DNA of 64,000 nt from Yuukianura sp. NJ FZ-2021 (GCA_046563655.1 CM102287.1:1736001-1800000); one strand, 5' to 3'. Positions 1 through 13,745 are shown, counted from the stretch's first letter. Translations and numbers: made by a program. The notes: a model not told the origin generated them from the letters alone.

Positions 1-358
1 TTCAATTGTACTTTAGTTGCGCTACCCCATATTTCACCCATGTACCAAAGTTTAGACAAAACGTAAGATGTCATCAGAGTTTTTCGGTTGTCTTGTGTAA
101 GAAGTCTTTGCATAGGGTAGAGTGAGAATATGATTTTTAAACATTTCTTTGTTGTGTTCATGATATGTGAATCCCACTTCAAGCAACCGTCTATGTTAAG
201 GCCGAGGCTGGTGAGTGTTTCTGTTGTTCCGACTGTTACATTCTGAAATTGAAACTGCACTCCTTGAATTATATTCCTTATCTTCGGTTTTGCCACGATG
301 AGGATTCCAGTTTTCTCAGGGTGAATTGTGAATCCGTTTTTTTGTGAATCCGTTGTGA

Positions 359-1001
359 ATTGTGATCCAACATAGCCCAGAATGACTCCTTTGTCACTTT
401 TTTTGCGAAAAAATTGAATTTTTTCACCAAAAATTGAGTTCTAGGCACTTTATGTGGTGATCGGACTTAAATTTTCGGATTGCAATATTGTGATCCACCA
501 TAGCCCAGAATGACTCCTTTGTCACTTTTTTTGCGAAAAAATTGAATTTTTTCACCAAAAATTGAGTTCTAGGCACTTTATGTGGTGATCGGACTCAAAT
601 TTTCGGATTGCAAAATTGTGATCCAACATAGCCCAGAATGACTCCTTTGTCACTTTTTTTTGCGAAAAAATTGAATTTTTTCACCAAAAATTTAGTTCTA
701 GGCACTTTATGTGGTGATCGGACTCAAATTTTCGGATTGCAAAATTGTGATCCAACATAGCCCAGAATGACTCCTTTGTCACTTTTTTTTGCGAAAAAAT
801 TGAATTTTTTCACCAAAAATTGAGTTCTAGGCACTTTATGTGGTGATCGGACTTAAATTTTCGGATTGCAATATTGTGATCCACCATAGCCCAGAATGAC
901 TCCTTTGTCACTTTTTTTGCGAAAAAATTGAATTTTTTCACCAAAAATTGAGTTCTAGGCACTTTATGTGGTGATCGGACTCAAATTTTCGGATTGCAAA
1001 A
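359..1001. repeat. 128-bp satellite, 5 copies
   Basis: Unit tgtgatccaacatagcccagaatgac...ttcggattgcaaaat starts at 361, 489, 617 and onward. Confidence 0.95.
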
Positions 1002-2030
1002 TTGTTGTTGTTGTTGTTTAGTTTATTTTCCTATTCCGGATAGGTTTTTAAAAATAAACAGTTGTATACTGTCATTAGGTTAAGTGTTTAAAATTGTTTT
1101 CAATCAGTCAATTCGATTAATTAGTAATAGTTGAGCATTATTTTGATAATGAAAATGAAAATCATTTGATAATAGTACACATCAAAGGTAAAAAGGTAAA
1201 AAGAAAGTAAAAATGAGAGAGAAAAAAAAAGAGAAACATTAAATGAACTTCCTACTAGGTTGCTTGTTGTTTTCTTTCGTGAGGACGTCATTTTCTTGTA
1301 TCTTCAGAAACTGTTTGTGTATGGCCGCTTTGAACCTCCTTTAGTTTTGAGTTCCGTCGTTGCTTTTGGCAAGTAACCCCATAGTAGTTTCGTTTTTGAT
1401 TTAAAAGGATTAGGAGTGATTGTTGTGTTCCTGGAGTGAATCATTTTTCGTGTTCTTAAGCCGGCTTCTTCTTCGGTGTCGTGCAAGTATTTCTCAAAAT
1501 ATGGAATGCTACGGTTGTTGAGGATATCAAATGCATGAAGTAGTACCATCATGCTGTGTTGATGAGTAGGGAAGAGCCACCCAAGTTCCTTTGTGATCCG
1601 TAATTTCACTTTGTCGTATTTCTTGCTCTTGAGAATAAAGTGACCCGCCGTGCGTACTAATTTTTCCGCTGATTTCAATTGTACTTTAGTTGCGCTACCC
1701 CATATTTCAGCCATGTACCAAAGTTTAGACAAAACGTACGATGTCATCAGAGTTTTTCGGTTGTCTTGTGTAAGAAGTCTTTGCATAGGGTAGAGTGAGA
1801 ATATGATTTTGAAACATTTCTTCGTTGTGTTCGTGATATGTGAATCCCACTTCAAGCAACCGTCTATGTTAAGGCCGAGGCTGGTGAGTGTTTCTGTTGT
1901 TCCGACTGTTACATTCTGAAATTGAAACTGCACTCCTTGAATTATATTCCTTATCTTCGGTTTTGCCACGATGAGGATTCCAGTTTTCTCAGGGTGAATT
2001 GTGAATCCGTTTTTTTGTGAATCCGTTGTG
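1002..2030 (-). mobile_element. 5'-truncated non-LTR retrotransposon (end of RT domain, C-terminus, 3' UTR, (AAC)n tail); further copies at ~2289-3316, 3572-4600, 4857-5883, 6142-7169, 7812-8840 and partial at 1-358
   Basis: Minus-strand translation NGFTIHPEKT...LGLNIDGCLKWDSHI...LWYMAEIWGS matches the end of the RT domain and downstream region of CR1/L2/Jockey-group LINEs. ttgttgttgttgttg on plus is an (AAC)n tail. aattgt is present at both junctions with the satellite. Confidence 0.85.
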
Positions 2031-5000
2031 AATTGTGATCCAACATAGCCCAGAATGACTTCTTAGTCACTTTTTGGTGAAAAAATTGAATTTTTTCACC
2101 AAAAATTGAGTTCTAGGCACTTTATGTGGTGATCGGACTCAAATTTTCGGATTGCAAAATTGTGATCCAACATAGCCCAGAATGACTCCTTTGTCACTTT
2201 TTTTTGCGAAAAAATTGAATTTTTTCACCAAAAATTGAGTTCTAGGCACTTTATGTGGTGATCGGACTCAAATTTTCGGATTGCAAAATTGTTGTTGTTG
2301 TTGTTTAGTTTATTTTCCTATTCCGGACAGGTTTTTAAAAATAAACAGTTGTATACTGTCATTAGGTTAAGTGTTTAAAATTGTTTTCAATCAGTCAATT
2401 CGATTAATTAGTAATAGTTGAGCATTATTTTGATAATGAAAATGAAAATCATTTGATAATAGTAAACATCAAAGGTAAAAAGGTAAAAAGAAAGTAAAAA
2501 TGAGAGAGAAAAAAAGAGAAACATTAAATGAACTTCCTACTAGGTTGCTTGTTGTTTTCTTTCGTGAGGACGTCATTTTCTTGTATCTTCAGAAACTGTT
2601 TGTGTATGGCCACTTTGAACGCTCCTTTAGTTTTGAGTTCCCTCGTTGCTTTTGGCAAGTAACCCCATAGTAGTTTCGTTTTTGATTTAAAAGAATTAGG
2701 AGTGATTGTTGTGTTCCTGGAGTGAATCATTTTTCGTGTTCTTAAGCCGGCTTCTTCTTCTGTGTCGTGCAAGTATTTCTCAAAATATGGAATGCTACGG
2801 TTGTTGAGGATATCAAATGCATGAAGTAGTACCATCATGTTGTGTTGATGAGTAGGGAAGAGCCAACCAAGTTCCTTTGTGATCCGTAATTTCACTTTGT
2901 CGTATTTCTTGCTCTTGAGAATAAAGTGACCCGCCGTGCGTACTATTTTTCCGCTGATTTCAATTGTACTTTAGTTGCGCTACCCCATATTTCACCCATG
3001 TACCAAAGTTTAGACAAAACGTAAGATGTCATCAGAGTTTTTCGGTTGTCTTGTGTAAGAAGTCTTTGCATAGGGTAGAGTGAGAATATGATTTTTAAAC
3101 ATTTCTTTGTTGTGTTCATGATATGTGAATCCCACTTCAAGCATCCGTCTATGTTAAGGCCGAGGCTGGTGAGTGTTTCTGTTGTTCCGACTGTTACATT
3201 CTGAAATTGAAACTGCACTCCTTGAATTATATTCCTTATCTTCGGTTTTGCCACGATGAGGATTCCAGTTTTCTCAGGGTGAATTGTGAATCCGTTTTTT
3301 TGTGAATCCGTTGTGAATTGTGATCCAACATAGCCCAGAATGACTTCTTAGTCACTTTTTGGTGAAAAAATTGAATTTTTTCACCAAAAATTGAGTTCTA
3401 GGCACTTTATGTGGTGATCGGACTCAAATTTTCGGATTGCAAAATTGTGATCCAACATAGCCCAGAATGACTCCTTTGTCACTTTTTTTGCGAAAAAATT
3501 GAATTTTTTCACCAAAAATTGAGTTCTAGGCACTTTATGTGGTGATCGGACTCAAATTTTCGGATTGCAAAATTGTTGTTGTTGTTGTTTAGTTTATTTT
3601 CCTATTCCGGACAGGTTTTTAAAAATAAACAGTTGTATACTGTCATTAGGTTAAGTGTTTAAAATTGTTTTCAATCAGTCAATTCGATTAATTAGTAATA
3701 GTTGAGCATTATTTTGATAATGAAAATGAAAATCATTTGATAATAGTAAACATCAAAGGTAAAAAGGTAAAAAGAAAGTAAAAATGAGAGAGAAAAAAGA
3801 GAAACATTAAATGAACTTCCTACTAGGTTGCTTGTTGTTTTCTTTCGTGAGGACGTCATTTTCTTGTATCTTCAGAAACTGTTTGTGTATGGCCACTTTG
3901 AACGCTCCTTTAGTTTTGAGTTCCCTCGTTGCTTTTGGCAAGTAACCCCATAGTAGTTTCGTTTTTGATTTAAAAGAATTAGGAGTGATTGTTGTGTTCC
4001 TGGAGTGAATCATTTTTCGTGTTCTTAAGCCGGCTTCTTCTTCTGTGTCGTGCAAGTATTTCTCAAAATATGGAATGCTACGGTTGTTGAGGATATCAAA
4101 TGCATGAAGTAGTACCATCATGTTGTGTTGATGAGTAGGGAAGAGCCAACCAAGTTCCTTTGTGATCCGTAATTTCACTTTGTCGTATTTCTTGCTCTTG
4201 AGAATAAAGTGACCCGCCGTGCGTACTATTTTTCCGCTGATTTCAATTGTACTTTAGTTGCGCTACCCCATATTTCACCCATGTACCAAAGTTTAGACAA
4301 AACGTAAGATGTCATCAGAGTTTTTCGGTTGTCTTGTGTAAGAAGTCTTTGCATAGGGTAGAGTGAGAATATGATTTTTAAACATTTCTTTGTTGTGTTC
4401 ATGATATGTGAATCCCACTTCAAGCATCCGTCTATGTTAAGGCCGAGGCTGGTGAGTGTTTCTGTTGTTCCGACTGTTACATTCTGAAATTGAAACTGCA
4501 CTCCTTGAATTATATTCCTTATCTTCGGTTTTGCCACGATGAGGATTCCAGTTTTCTCAGGGTGAATTGTGAATCCGTTTTTTTGTGAATCCGTTGTGAA
4601 TTGTGATCCAACATAGCCCAGAATGACTTCTTAGTCACTTTTTGGTGAAAAAATTGAATTTTTTCACCAAAAATTGAGTTCTAGGCACTTTATGTGGTGA
4701 TCGGACTCAAATTTTCGGATTGCAAAATTGTGATCCAACATAGCCCAGAATGACTCCTTTGTCACTTTTTTTTGCGAAAAAATTGAATTTTTTCACCAAA
4801 AATTGAGTTCTAGGCACTTTATGTGGTGATCGGACTCAAATTTTCGGATTGCAAAATTGTTGTTGTTGTTGTTTAGTTTATTTTCCTATTCCGGACAGGT
4901 TTTTAAAAATAAACAGTTGTATACTGTCATTAGGTTAAGTGTTTAAAATTGTTTTCAATCAGTCAATTCGATTAATTAGTAATAGTTGAGCATTATTTTG

Positions 5001-8000
5001 ATAATGAAAATGAAAATCATTTGATAATAGTAAACATCAAAGGTAAAAAGGTAAAAAGAAAGTAAAAATGAGAGAGAAAAAAGAGAAACATTAAATGAAC
5101 TTCCTACTAGGTTGCTTGTTGTTTTCTTTCGTGAGGACGTCATTTTCTTGTATCTTCAGAAACTGTTTGTGTATGGCCACTTTGAACGCTCCTTTAGTTT
5201 TGAGTTCCCTCGTTGCTTTTGGCAAGTAACCCCATAGTAGTTTCGTTTTTGATTTAAAAGAATTAGGAGTGATTGTTGTGTTCCTGGAGTGAATCATTTT
5301 TCGTGTTCTTAAGCCGGCTTCTTCTTCTGTGTCGTGCAAGTATTTCTCAAAATATGGAATGCTACGGTTGTTGAGGATATCAAATGCATGAAGTAGTACC
5401 ATCATGTTGTGTTGATGAGTAGGGAAGAGCCAACCAAGTTCCTTTGTGATCCGTAATTTCACTTTGTCGTATTTCTTGCTCTTGAGAATAAAGTGACCCG
5501 CCGTGCGTACTATTTTTCCGCTGATTTCAATTGTACTTTAGTTGCGCTACCCCATATTTCACCCATGTACCAAAGTTTAGACAAAACGTAAGATGTCATC
5601 AGAGTTTTTCGGTTGTCTTGTGTAAGAAGTCTTTGCATAGGGTAGAGTGAGAATATGATTTTTAAACATTTCTTTGTTGTGTTCATGATATGTGAATCCC
5701 ACTTCAAGCAACCGTCTATGTTAAGGCCGAGGCTGGTGAGTGTTTCTGTTGTTCCGACTGTTACATTCTGAAATTGAAACTGCACTCCTTGAATTATATT
5801 CCTTATCTTCGGTTTTGCCACGATGAGGATTCCAGTTTTCTCAGGGTGAATTGTGAATCCGTTTTTTTGTGAATCCGTTGTGAATTGTGATCCAACATAG
5901 CCCAGAATGACTTCTTAGTCACTTTTTGGTGAAAAAATAGAATTTTTTCACCAAAAATTGTGTTCTAGGCACTTTATGTGGTGATCGGACTCAAATTTTC
6001 GGATTGCAAAATTGTGATCCAACATAGCCCAGAATGACTCCTTTGTCACTTTTTTTTTGCGAAAAAATTGAATTTTTTCACCAAAAATTGAGTTCTAGGC
6101 ACTTTATGTGGTGATCGGACTCAAATTTTCGGATTGCAAAATTGTTGTTGTTGTTGTTTAGTTTATTTTCCTATTCCGGACAGGTTTTTAAAAATAAACA
6201 GTTGTATACTGTCATTAGGTTAAGTGTTTAAAATTGTTTTCAATCAGTCAATTCGATTAATTAGTAATAGTTGAGCATTATTTTGATAATGAAAATGAAA
6301 ATCATTTGATAATAGTAAACATCAAAGGTAAAAAGGTAAAAAGAAAGTAAAAATGAGAGAGAAAAAAAGAGAAACATTAAATGAACTTCCTACTAGGTTG
6401 CTTGTTGTTTTCTTTCGTGAGGACGTCATTTTCTTGTATCTTCAGAAACTGTTTGTGTATGGCCACTTTGAACGCTCCTTTAGTTTTGAGTTCCCTCGTT
6501 GCTTTTGGCAAGTAACCCCATAGTAGTTTCGTTTTTGATTTAAAAGAATTAGGAGTGATTGTTGTGTTCCTGGAGTGAATCATTTTTCGTGTTCTTAAGC
6601 CGGCTTCTTCTTCTGTGTCGTGCAAGTATTTCTCAAAATATGGAATGCTACGGTTGTTGAGGATATCAAATGCATGAAGTAGTACCATCATGTTGTGTTG
6701 ATGAGTAGGGAAGAGCCAACCAAGTTCCTTTGTGATCCGTAATTTCACTTTGTCGTATTTCTTGCTCTTGAGAATAAAGTGACCCGCCGTGCGTACTATT
6801 TTTCCGCTGATTTCAATTGTACTTTAGTTGCGCTACCCCATATTTCACCCATGTACCAAAGTTTAGACAAAACGTAAGATGTCATCAGAGTTTTTCGGTT
6901 GTCTTGTGTAAGAAGTCTTTGCATAGGGTAGAGTGAGAATATGATTTTTAAACATTTCTTTGTTGTGTTCATGATATGTGAATCCCACTTCAAGCAACCG
7001 TCTATGTTAAGGCCGAGGCTGGTGAGTGTTTCTGTTGTTCCGACTGTTACATTCTGAAATTGAAACTGCACTCCTTGAATTATATTCCTTATCTTCGGTT
7101 TTGCCACGATGAGGATTCCAGTTTTCTCAGGGTGAATTGTGAATCCGTTTTTTTGTGAATCCGTTGTGAATTGTGATCCAACATAGCCCAGAATGACTCC
7201 TTTGTCACTTTTTTTGCGAAAAAATTGAATTTTTTCACCAAAAATTGAGTTCTAGGCACTTTATGTGGTGATCGGACTTAAATTTTCGGATTGCAATATT
7301 GTGATCCACCATAGCCCAGAATGACTCCTTTGTCACTTTTTTTGCGAAAAAATTGAATTTTTTCACCAAAAATTGAGTTCTAGGCACTTTATGTGGTGAT
7401 CGGACTCAAATTTTCGGATTGCAAAATTGTGATCCAACATAGCCCAGAATGACTCCTTTGTCACTTTTTTTGCGAAAAAATTGAATTTTTTCACCAAAAA
7501 TTTAGTTCTAGGCACTTTATGTGGTGATCGGACTCAAATTTTCGGATTGCAAAATTGTGATCCAACATAGCCCAGAATGACTCCTTTGTCACTTTTTTTT
7601 GCGAAAAAATTGAATTTTTTCACCAAAAATTGAGTTCTAGGCACTTTATGTGGTGATCGGACTTAAATTTTCGGATTGCAATATTGTGATCCACCATAGC
7701 CCAGAATGACTCCTTTGTCACTTTTTTTGCGAAAAAATTGAATTTTTTCACCAAAAATTGAGTTCTAGGCACTTTATGTGGTGATCGGACTCAAATTTTC
7801 GGATTGCAAAATTGTTGTTGTTGTTGTTTAGTTTATTTTCCTATTCCGGATAGGTTTTTAAAAATAAACAGTTGTATACTGTCATTAGGTTAAGTGTTTA
7901 AAATTGTTTTCAATCAGTCAATTCGATTAATTAGTAATAATTGAGCATTATTTTGATAATGAAAATGAAAATCATTTGATAATAGTACACATCAAAGGTA

Positions 8001-8840
8001 AAAAGGTAAAAAGAAAGTAAAAATGAGAGAGAAAAAAAAAGAGAAACATTAAATGAACTTCCTACTAGGTTGCTTGTTGTTTTCTTTCGTGAGGACGTCA
8101 TTTTCTTGTATCTTCAGAAACTGTTTGTGTATGGCCGCTTTGAACCTCCTTTAGTTTTGAGTTCCGTCGTTGCTTTTGGCAAGTAACCCCATAGTAGTTT
8201 CGTTTTTGATTTAAAAGGATTAGGAGTGATTGTTGTGTTCCTGGAGTGAATCATTTTTCGTGTTCTTAAGCCGGCTTCTTCTTCGGTGTCGTGCAAGTAT
8301 TTCTCAAAATATGGAATGCTACGGTTGTTGAGGATATCAAATGCATGAAGTAGTACCATCATGTTGTGTTGATGAGTAGGGAAGAGCCACCCAAGTTCCT
8401 TTGTGATCCGTAATTTCACTTTGTCGTATTTCTTGCTCTTGAGAATAAAGTGACCCGCCGTGCGTACTAATTTTTCCGCTGATTTCAATTGTACTTTAGT
8501 TGCGCTACCCCATATTTCAGCCATGTACCAAAGCTTAGACAAAACGTAAGATGTCATCAGAGTTTTTCGGTTGTCTTGTGTAAGAAGTCTTTGCATAGGG
8601 TAGAGTGAGAATATGATTTTTAAACATTTCTTTGTTGTGTTCATGATATGTGAATCCCACTTCAAGCAACCGTCTATGTTAAGGCCGAGGCTGGTGAGTG
8701 TTTCTGTTGTTCCGACTGTTACATTCTGAAATTGAAACTGCACTCCTTGAATTATATTCCTTATCTTCGGTTTTGCCACGATGAGGATTCCAGTTTTCTC
8801 AGGGTGAATTGTGAATCCGTTTTTTGTGAATCCGTTGTGA

Positions 8841-9763
8841 ATTGTGATCCAACATAGCCCAGAATGACTTCTTAGTCACTTTTTGGTGAAAAAATTGAAT
8901 TTTTTCACCAAAAATTGAGTTCTAGGCACTTTATGTGGTGATCGGACTCAAATTTTCGGATTGCAAAATTGTGATCCAACATAGCCCAGAATGACCCCTT
9001 TGTCACTTTTTTTTGCGAAAAAATTGAATTTTTTCACCAAAAATTTAGTTCTAGGCACTTTATGTGGTGATCGGACTCAAATTTTCGGATTGCAAAATTG
9101 TGATCCAACATAGCCCAGAATGACCCCTTTGTCACTTTTTTTGCGAAAAAATTGAATTTTTTCACCAAAAATTTAGTTCTAGGCACTTTATGTGGTGATC
9201 GGACTCAAACTTTCGGATTGCAAAATTGTGATCCAACATAGCCCAGAATGACTCCTTTGTCACTTTTTTTGCGAAAAAATTGAATTTTTTCACCAAAAAT
9301 TTAGTTCTAGGCACTTTATGTGGTGATCGGACTCAAATTTTCGGATTGCAAAATTGTGATCCAACATAGCCCAGAATGACTCCTTTGTCACTTTTTTTGC
9401 GAAAAAATTGAATTTTTTCACCAAAAATTGAGTTCTAGGCACTTTATGTGGTGATCGGACTTAAATTTTCGGATTGTAATATTGTGATCCAACATAGCCC
9501 AGAATGACTTATTTGTCCCTTTTTGGTGAAAAAATTGAATTTTTTCACCAAAAATTGAGTTCTAGGCACTTTATGTGGTGATCGGACTTAAATTTTCGGA
9601 TTGCAATATTGTGATCCACCATAGCCCAGAATGACTCCTTTGTCCCTTTTTGGTGAAAAAATTGAATTTTTTCAATAAAAATTGAGTTCTAGGCACTTTA
9701 TCTGGTGATCGGACTCAAATTTTCGGATTGCAAATTGTGATCCAACATAGCCCAGAATGACTC
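8841..9763. repeat. 128-bp satellite, ~7 copies
   Basis: Same monomer in tandem; ends abruptly at cccagaatgactc. Confidence 0.95.
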
Positions 9764-12700
9764 AAGTGTTTTTAGTAGGTCTACATTGCACTCAAAGTCT
9801 TACATTAACAACGTCAAAATATGCGGCTGCTTCGCGTTGCAGTTTCTTAAGTCCTCAAAATTTTTGTATTAGGTCTGCATTGTACTCAAAATATTTTTAA
9901 ACAACGAAGTTTTGATCTTCTCATTTTCTGACATTATGTTTAGTTACGTTGTTAAATTAAGACTGATTAGAGGGTAGAAAATCCGGCTTAAATGATTACT
10001 ATGTGAATTGTGAATGACAAGGGTCAAATTTCCGTTTACTAGACATTTCTATAACTTCGATTTTAAACAATCGATATTTGATACCTGCACCTCAACGCTC
10101 AATTTTGTGCATGATGCACACTTATAGATACAGAAACGTTGAATTGTGCATTTTGATTTTGATTGTGAACCGATTTTGATTTTAAAGAAACGATATTTGA
10201 CACCTGTCCTTCAACGTTCAATTTTGTGCATGCTACACGCTTATTGCACTTGAATGTAAAATTGTGCAGATATTTTGACGCTGGGTAATAGACGTTATTA
10301 CGTCATAGGTGCTCAATTATTGTGCACCAAATAATTTTGAAGAGAGTGAAAATTGTGCAGAGTTTACTTTTTACAACATTTTCATGCAAACGGTTTTTTA
10401 ATATTTTTTCCTATTGGACAATTTGTTGCCAAAATGCAGATAGTAGGACCTCATATCCGCCCTGACAATTTTAAGCGATGTTTGGTATCATGGATTGCAT
10501 GAAAACGTTCTCATCTATGTGTTCCACGATTTTACGACCGGCCAATCTAAGTCGTATCAATTGTCTAGATTTACTAGAAATTTACTAGAAATGTTTATAA
10601 TTTCGATTTTAAACAATCGACATTCAAACCCTATCCCTCAATGTTCTATTTCTGCATTATGCACAAAGCTCAACTTCGACACCATTATTTTGATGCAGTT
10701 AGGTTTACGCTCTTTTCGATACTGCATTGTCATGGCAATATTTACAGTAAATTATGTGTATGTTGTTTATTTTCTGTGTTTTGTAATGAACCATTTCTGG
10801 CTGCAATTTGTAATTGGTAAACTTGCAATTTGTCTGAATAGCGTGTCATGTCAAAGATATAAATGTTACACACTTAAGATCAATTGACGACAATTTTCAT
10901 TCAAGTGTTAGTTTAATTCACAGTACTCAGATATATTTTAAGTAGTGAATTAGGTCTTAGGTTTATATTGTACAGCTACATCAGGTAAGTATATTTTATC
11001 TATTCTGATATATTATTTTAAAAGTGTTATCAATTAAAATCAATGCATTTTATATAGAAATATGGCTAGTCGTGAAGAACGGGCTAGAAGGAGGAACCAG
11101 AGGCAGCTTTTAAGGGGTACTGAATCCATAAATCAAAGTAACCAGAGCATTGACTCGCTTGCAAGACGAATGGTTCGCGATAATGAAGGAATGCGTGTTC
11201 TCGAGCAAGAACGGAATACTGAGGCTCATCGTCTCCTTCGGGAAAACGAAGAGTACCGGCTACTGGAACAACAACGAAATACTGAGGATCATCGTTTTCT
11301 TAGGGAAAACGAAGAGTACCGGGAACTTGAACAACAACGGAATACTGATGCTCATCGTAACTTTCGTGCTCAGTTTCATGATCAACCTTGGGAGTCTGTG
11401 GTTGATGTATTTGAAGCAAACTGCAGAGAAGGCCCTTCACATATCTGTATCTCCTGTGGTGGCCTTTGGTTCAAGAAATCTATCAAGCATCTGCGACGAT
11501 ACGACTGTACCCGATCCGATGACAACTTTCTGAACACTGTTTTCTTTATGGAACTGGAAGGAGACTTTTGTATCACGTGTTATGCGGCAGTGAAATCTGG
11601 TCGTAGTTCTCGGCTAGCTTTAACCAATGGTCTCCAGTTTCCCTCTGTACCAACTGAAGTATCGTCGTTGACCCGGTTGGAAGCCAGATTAGTTTCACCA
11701 TACCATGTTTTTCAGGCTATTTGGGCAGTACAAGGACCGCAAGGTACTTCAGAATTGTTTAGCTAAGCTATGGTAACGTTTATTTACGGTAATTATAATA
11801 TTTCCAGGTCAATTGAAGACAAAAGGTCGAATTGTGAATGTTCCTGTCTCTGTTACTAATATCGTCCAATCACTGCCGCGCAGGCCTTCCGACGATTCAG
11901 TCCTGCATCTCCGGCTGGCCCGTCAGATGCATGTTGAGAAGAATTATACTTCCGGAAACATCCGTCCAGAGAAGGTTATTCAAGCTGCCAAAGTTCTATG
12001 CAAATCTCCATTGTACTCTCAACATGGGATATCAGTTTCGAATTCCTGGATTGCGGATTCTCAACAAGAATTGAATTCGTTTGACTCAGCCTTGGAGAGT
12101 CAGCTTGAAAACTCTCATATAATTGCGAACGAAGAAAATCCGGACGCTGAAACCGAAGACTCGACAGCGGGTGAGACGATGCTAACAGATGCCTCGGGGC
12201 TTCGGATGGCCCCCGCTGAGGGAAATCGGCCTGTTTCTGTTCTTCTGGATGACGACGCTATATTTCTAGCTTTTCCTCAAATATTCGGCGGAGAAAAGCT
12301 CAATCCAATGTATGCCGGTAAAAAAATCTCAAAAGCTGACATGTTCAAGTCGTTTGCAAGGAACAAAGACCGACGTGCTGCCGAGTCAGTGGATTTCCTC
12401 TTGTACATGGCGAAGACTCTAGAAATTGCACGAATATCTAGCAATCGCACCATTCACTTGAGGAAACGAAAAATAAATGGTGAGCATATCATTCCAACTG
12501 CGGGACAAGTCTTGCACCAGACTTACGTTGATGGCCTCATCAAGGACGACAACGCTTATAAAGTCTTGTCCGGAATACGGAACGCAGGAGTACACTGGAA
12601 GAATGAAGGCAACAAAGTTCGAGCGATGATACGTACGTTTGGGATTGCCACATTGTTTGTCACGATTAGTGCTGCAGAGTTGAAGTGGAACGAGCTGTTG

Positions 12701-13311
12701 GTGTTATTGAAGAAAGTTCTGGACGGCATCGACATTTCTGAGCAGGAAGCCCAAGAATTGTCCACTTCTGAGAAAGCGTTGTTGATTCAGCGTGATCCAA
12801 TCACATGCGCGCGGTACTTTGACCACCGTTACTCCGCTCTGAAATCTACCTACAGATCTCGAAACGGGCCTTTTGGTAATCGTGAAATCCGACACTTCTA
12901 CGAAAGAGTGGAGTTCCAGCACCGAGGAAGCCCCCATGTGCATGCAATGTTTTGGCTGTCGGACGCTCCAATTTTAACTCCAGAGAGTGAATCGCATGAT
13001 GAAGTGACTGATTTCATTGACAGTATGATAACATGCCGTACAGACTACCCTCCGGAGGATACAATCACTGGTCTACTATATCTCCAAACTCATCGCCATA
13101 CACACACTTGCCACAAGCGAACACACAAGGGAGTCAAATGTCGTTTTGGAATACCCTTTTTTCCGATGGATCGTACACGCATCCTGTTGCCACTAAATGA
13201 ACCAGCAGACTTCAAAGATCTCAAGCTACAACACAAAGCTATTCGACGTTATCTGGAAACTCACGTTCCGGACACCGGGACGACATTTGATGCTTTTCTG
13301 GAAGAAATTAT
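9764..13311 (+). mobile_element. Helentron/Helitron2, 5' half (copy A), truncated
   Basis: Unique sequence starts where the satellite ends. It contains degenerate internal repeats and a spliced Rep gene. The exact 5' terminus is uncertain. Confidence 0.8.
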
Positions 13312-13318
13312 TGAATAA
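11062..13318 (+). pseudogene. Helentron Rep (HUH endonuclease) N-terminal part of RepHel; exons 11062-11743 and 11808-13311; truncated
   Basis: GT-AG intron 11744-11807 joins the two ORFs in frame. Motifs TLFVTISAAE, VEFQHRGSPHVH (HUH) and QTHRHTHTC...CRFGIP. N-terminal 21-aa charged repeats and a CxxC...CxxC module. Probable 5' UTR intron at ~10985-11057. Confidence 0.92.
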
Positions 13319-13744
13319 ACTTGAAGAACTCACAAACTGTAGCAACTGAAATTGGATTTTCTGAGAGTTCTTATTTTACACAATAAACTGTTAAGTCCAA
13401 CAATCTACGAGGCACTACTAATTCTAACAATCTAGGTAACTAGTATTTATACTAACCTAGTGACCTAGACTTAACACTAGTCATTTCCTAGTGACATTAA
13501 CTAAAACGTTATTCTTCCTAGAGTGTACGGCAGAACTGACCTTATAACTATTTTCCTGGTTCCTGGTTCTAACTTATAAATTATACACAAAGAATAACCT
13601 CGTATTAACAACCTAATTAATTGTAGGCGACCAATTCCTGTTCCTACTTACGTAGTAAAAAGTCCTAGACCTTAATTAGTCATATAGAACAAATCATGAA
13701 TCCTAATAAGTAATTAATCATAATCTTGTTTGGTATTTTCAACA
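13312..13744 (-). mobile_element. Probable solo LTR (433 bp), BEL/Pao-like termini, no TSD
   Basis: On the minus strand it starts TGTTGAAAATAC and ends TTCA, like the BEL LTR in this window (TGTTGAGAATAC...CTTCA). TATAAATA on minus at ~13444-13451. It cuts both the Rep and the integrase reading frames. Flanks attat and cacaa differ. Confidence 0.55.
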
Positions 13745-13745
13745 C

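Larger units (their letters stand above)
1..8840. repeat. Composite tandem array: ~1.28-kb unit of LINE 3' fragment plus 2-5 copies of a 128-bp satellite, arranged in a ~6.81-kb higher-order repeat
   Basis: Near-identical ORFs recur every 1283-1286 bp (2524, 3807, 5091, 6377). The 221-aa variant preceded by five satellite monomers recurs at 1304 and 8114 (offset 6810). Confidence 0.95.

Noticed and set aside
359..9763. Repeat/spacer-like alternation suggesting a CRISPR array
   Set aside because: Repeats are 128 bp, the intervening segments are near-identical LINE fragments, there are no cas genes, and the context is eukaryotic.
10495..10887. 130-aa ORF upstream of Rep
   Set aside because: Non-ATG start, overlaps degenerate repeats, no motifs.
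11190..11370. 63-bp tandem repeat in Rep exon 1 as a separate element
   Set aside because: It encodes in-frame 21-aa charged repeats, a common N-terminal feature of Helitron RepHel proteins.
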